Program-made: the position numbers and the translations under genes | Source: Christensenella sp. | GTDB taxonomy: Bacteria > Bacillota > Clostridia > Christensenellales > CAG-138 | Assembly: GCA_034927595.1 (NCBI GenBank) | Contig: JAYFPQ010000085.1 | Span: 1-57,387 of the forward strand | Direction of reading: 5' to 3' | DNA length: 57,387 bases | Shown here: positions 54,771-57,387 of the stretch, piece after piece | How positions within the stretch are numbered: position 1 is the first letter of the stretch | How the letters are laid out: every line of letters begins with the position of its first letter | Notes under the pieces: generated by a model | Told to the model about the DNA's origin: nothing | Databases searched by the model: none | Seen by the model: only the letters and a program-made list of their open reading frames with translations

Positions 54771-56546
54771 ATGAAACAGCCGATCATACGGGGTTCGATT
54801 CGAAAAAAATTATTCTACAGCATGCTGGCTTTGAGCGTTTGCATCACGGCGGCGGTAACGATTGTCGCGCTCATCAGCACATACGGCACCATGCGCGAAC
54901 AGTTGATCTACGACCGGCGCACCAACATCGGCTGGCTTGAGAATCGCCTTTATCTGGAAACAAAGAGCGACATGAACCGCTTTTATGAGTTCGAGGTCGA
55001 CAAAACGCTGAAGAACGACGTGATGACTTGGTATACCCAGGGGAACGGCGCGGATTACTCGGCAAAGCTCGACTTGATTAACGCGTTGAATTCCGTCATC
55101 AGCCTGGACAGCAACATCAATTCGATTGATCTGTTCAACCTGGGCAACGACACCGTCCTTCGCGCGCAGCGCTCCGGCGCAAGCATCGTGGAAACGGGCG
55201 ACTTGCTGGATTCCTGGAACGCGCGCGAACAAGGATTGCAGACCAACACGGTCTACCTCAAGGAGGGGCGGGAGATTGTCGCCTACCATTTGATCCATCG
55301 TTTTTTGGACAATCGACCCGTGGCGCTGATTGCGATTCACCAGCGGCCGTATAAATTGCAGGATATCATAGCGGATATCAAGATCACGCAAAACGAATCC
55401 ATCCTGATTTACAACGATCAAAACGATCTGATTGAGTCCAACTACGGTACAAACAAGGAGATTGCGCGGGAGCGGTCGCTCGAAGTCATGCAGCAGATTG
55501 CGAGCAGCGACTCCAGAGAGACCGTTTCGGACGGGAACTTCTGGTTCTACCGCGCGGTGAACGGCGGAAAACTGCGCATCCTGCTGGTTGTTGCGGATCA
55601 GGCGATTGTTGCATCGCTTCAAAAAACGCTGATTGCGGGCATATTGGTTGCGCTCGCCGCGGTGCTCGCCGCGGTTGCTGCTTCGGCGGCGTACGCTAGA
55701 TTCTTATCCAAACCGCTGATCGAGCTTGCCGGTAGCATGGGCAGTATTCGGCTCGACAGCTCGCAGCATCTCGCGCGCAGCAATCGGGACGACGAGATCG
55801 GCCTACTACAAAACAGCTTTGTGGACATGGCGGAGCGAACACAGAACCTGATTGCGAGCGAGTATATCGCAAAAATTGAGAAGCGAAACGCGCAGCTACG
55901 CGCCTTGCAGGCGCAGATCAACCCGCATTTTATCTACAACACGTTGCAGGCCGTCGGCGGCATGGCGCTGAAGCACGGCGTGCCGGGGATCTACGAGGTT
56001 ACGCTGAACCTGATCGATATCATGCGCTATTCGTTGAATTTCTCCAAGGATCGCGTTCGCCTGGGCGATGAACTGAAGTATCTGCAAAGCTATCTTCAGA
56101 TTCAAAACTTGCGCTTTGGCAAGCGGCTCGACCTTTCGTTTGACGCGCCGGAGGATTGCTTTGAGTACCTTGTGCCAAAGCTGATTCTCCAGCCGCTCGT
56201 GGAGAACTGCTTTGAGCACGGACTTGCGGAACGGGCAGGCCGCTGGACGGTGACCGTGTCGGCGGAGGTACGCGGGAACGACCTCTTTTTGAGCGTAACC
56301 GACAACGGGGTAGGAATTCCGCTCGAAAAGCTGGAGCAGATTCGCGCCGAACTTGAAAAGGAAACGGATTCCTCCCTGCGTGGGGCGGAGCATATCGGCC
56401 TGACAAACGTCAACGCGCGCATCCGCCTGATGTTTGCCGGAGAGGATTACGGGCTGACGATTGACAGCAGCCCGGACACGGGCACGAGCATCACCGTGCG
56501 CCTGCGCGCTGTGAAGGAAGGCGAGGGAAACGATGTGCAGCTATAG
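54771..56546 (+). CDS. YesM/LytS-like sensor histidine kinase
   Basis: Two TM segments, HAMP (RDDEIG), LQAQINPHFIYNTL, LQPLVEN, DNGVG, HIGL. Confidence 0.93.
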   Translation: MKQPIIRGSIRKKLFYSMLALSVCITAAVTIVALISTYGTMREQLIYDRRTNIGWLENRLYLETKSDMNRFYEFEVDKTLKNDVMTWYTQGNGADYSAKLDLINALNSVISLDSNINSIDLFNLGNDTVLRAQRSGASIVETGDLLDSWNAREQGLQTNTVYLKEGREIVAYHLIHRFLDNRPVALIAIHQRPYKLQDIIADIKITQNESILIYNDQNDLIESNYGTNKEIARERSLEVMQQIASSDSRETVSDGNFWFYRAVNGGKLRILLVVADQAIVASLQKTLIAGILVALAAVLAAVAASAAYARFLSKPLIELAGSMGSIRLDSSQHLARSNRDDEIGLLQNSFVDMAERTQNLIASEYIAKIEKRNAQLRALQAQINPHFIYNTLQAVGGMALKHGVPGIYEVTLNLIDIMRYSLNFSKDRVRLGDELKYLQSYLQIQNLRFGKRLDLSFDAPEDCFEYLVPKLILQPLVENCFEHGLAERAGRWTVTVSAEVRGNDLFLSVTDNGVGIPLEKLEQIRAELEKETDSSLRGAEHIGLTNVNARIRLMFAGEDYGLTIDSSPDTGTSITVRLRAVKEGEGNDVQL

Positions 56547-57387
56547 CGTTGTGATCATAGACGACGAGCCCTGGACGCGGGAGGTAGTCAAGCACCTCGG
56601 ACGCTGGAAGGAGCTTGGGCTCACGATTGCGGGCGAGGCGTCCGACGGGGATCTCGGCTTGCAGATGGTGCGCGAGTTGCAGCCGGATATCATCCTGACC
56701 GACGTGCGTATGCCTTATCTGAACGGGATCGAGCTGATTCGCACGCTGCGGGACGAAAACAACGACGCGCAGGTTATCTTTTTCAGCGGGTATGACGATT
56801 CCGCCTATATTCGAAGCGCGCTGCGGCTCGGCGCGGACGATTATCTGCTCAAGCCGATCAAACCGAACGAGCTGAACGAGCGCCTCGAAAAGTGCGTGGA
56901 GGCGCGAAAACGCCGCGCGGCGGAACAAAACAAATCCGGCGCGGCAATGACGAAGGCGCCCGGCTTCATCGACACGGCGTGGGCAAAGCCGTTTTACGTG
57001 CTTTGCGAGGCGCTTCAACTGGCGCTTCAAAGCGGGGACGTCCCCGCGGTCGAGAAAAAGTTGGCCGAGATTCGCGCGTTGATCGTTCAAAACGAGGGGG
57101 ACGAGCCGCGCAGCAGTTCGTTGATTCAGGTGTATTATGCGCTGATGGGTACGTTGCAGCGGTTTATTTCCAGCAGCGGATACAGCGTGGACGAGGTGTT
57201 TGGAAAAAACGATACGGCGTTTGTCTTCGGGCGGGAGAGCACCTGCGCGGCGCTGTTTCGCTTTACCAGAGAGCTGCTGCTGGTTGCGATTGAGCGCGTG
57301 TCCGACCTGACCCGCAACAGCACAAAACTCAATCTGGAGGCGGTGCGGGATTTTGCCAAGGAGAGCTATACGCGCGGCATCACGCTC
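56533..57387 (+). CDS. YesN-like response regulator (partial, runs off window end)
   Basis: Manual translation MCSYSVVIIDDEPW...PDIILTDVRMPYLNG...FSGYDD...DYLLKP; overlaps kinase stop. Confidence 0.9.
   Translation, partial: MCSYSVVIIDDEPWTREVVKHLGRWKELGLTIAGEASDGDLGLQMVRELQPDIILTDVRMPYLNGIELIRTLRDENNDAQVIFFSGYDDSAYIRSALRLGADDYLLKPIKPNELNERLEKCVEARKRRAAEQNKSGAAMTKAPGFIDTAWAKPFYVLCEALQLALQSGDVPAVEKKLAEIRALIVQNEGDEPRSSSLIQVYYALMGTLQRFISSSGYSVDEVFGKNDTAFVFGRESTCAALFRFTRELLLVAIERVSDLTRNSTKLNLEAVRDFAKESYTRGITL

Overview
GC-rich bacterial chromosome segment, by gene content most likely an anaerobic Firmicute (Clostridia-like; inference). No rRNA, tRNA, CRISPR array or transposase was recognised. 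From left to right: (1) an XRE-like HTH gene and a 5'-complete Ser/Thr kinase-TM-leucine-rich-repeat receptor-like gene that runs off the left edge and is missing from the ORF track; (2) three IDI/Nudix-like genes, two with Zn-finger-like or HTH N-termini; (3) a metallo-beta-lactamase-fold hydrolase, MglBAC-like sugar ABC importer, esterase, ROK regulator and PPi-PFK; (4) a uronate module: uxaC, uxaE, GPH symporter, an unusual prenyltransferase-repeat/SCP2 fusion and a membrane-anchored GH2 beta-glucuronidase; (5) diguanylate cyclase, class I aldolase, tocopherol-cyclase-like protein and a 2-oxoacid:ferredoxin oxidoreductase; (6) a ~17 kb ROK-associated cluster with a sugar ABC importer, two DegT aminotransferases, two Gfo/Idh/MocA dehydrogenases, a TIM-barrel isomerase, and NagA-like, NagB-like, ceramidase-like and RmlD-like genes, which looks like an uncharacterised amino-sugar or aminocyclitol catabolic pathway; (7) a LacI-controlled oligosaccharide ABC system with two GH30 enzymes; (8) a YesM/YesN-like two-component system cut by the right edge. 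All family calls are by eye from motifs; no searches were run.
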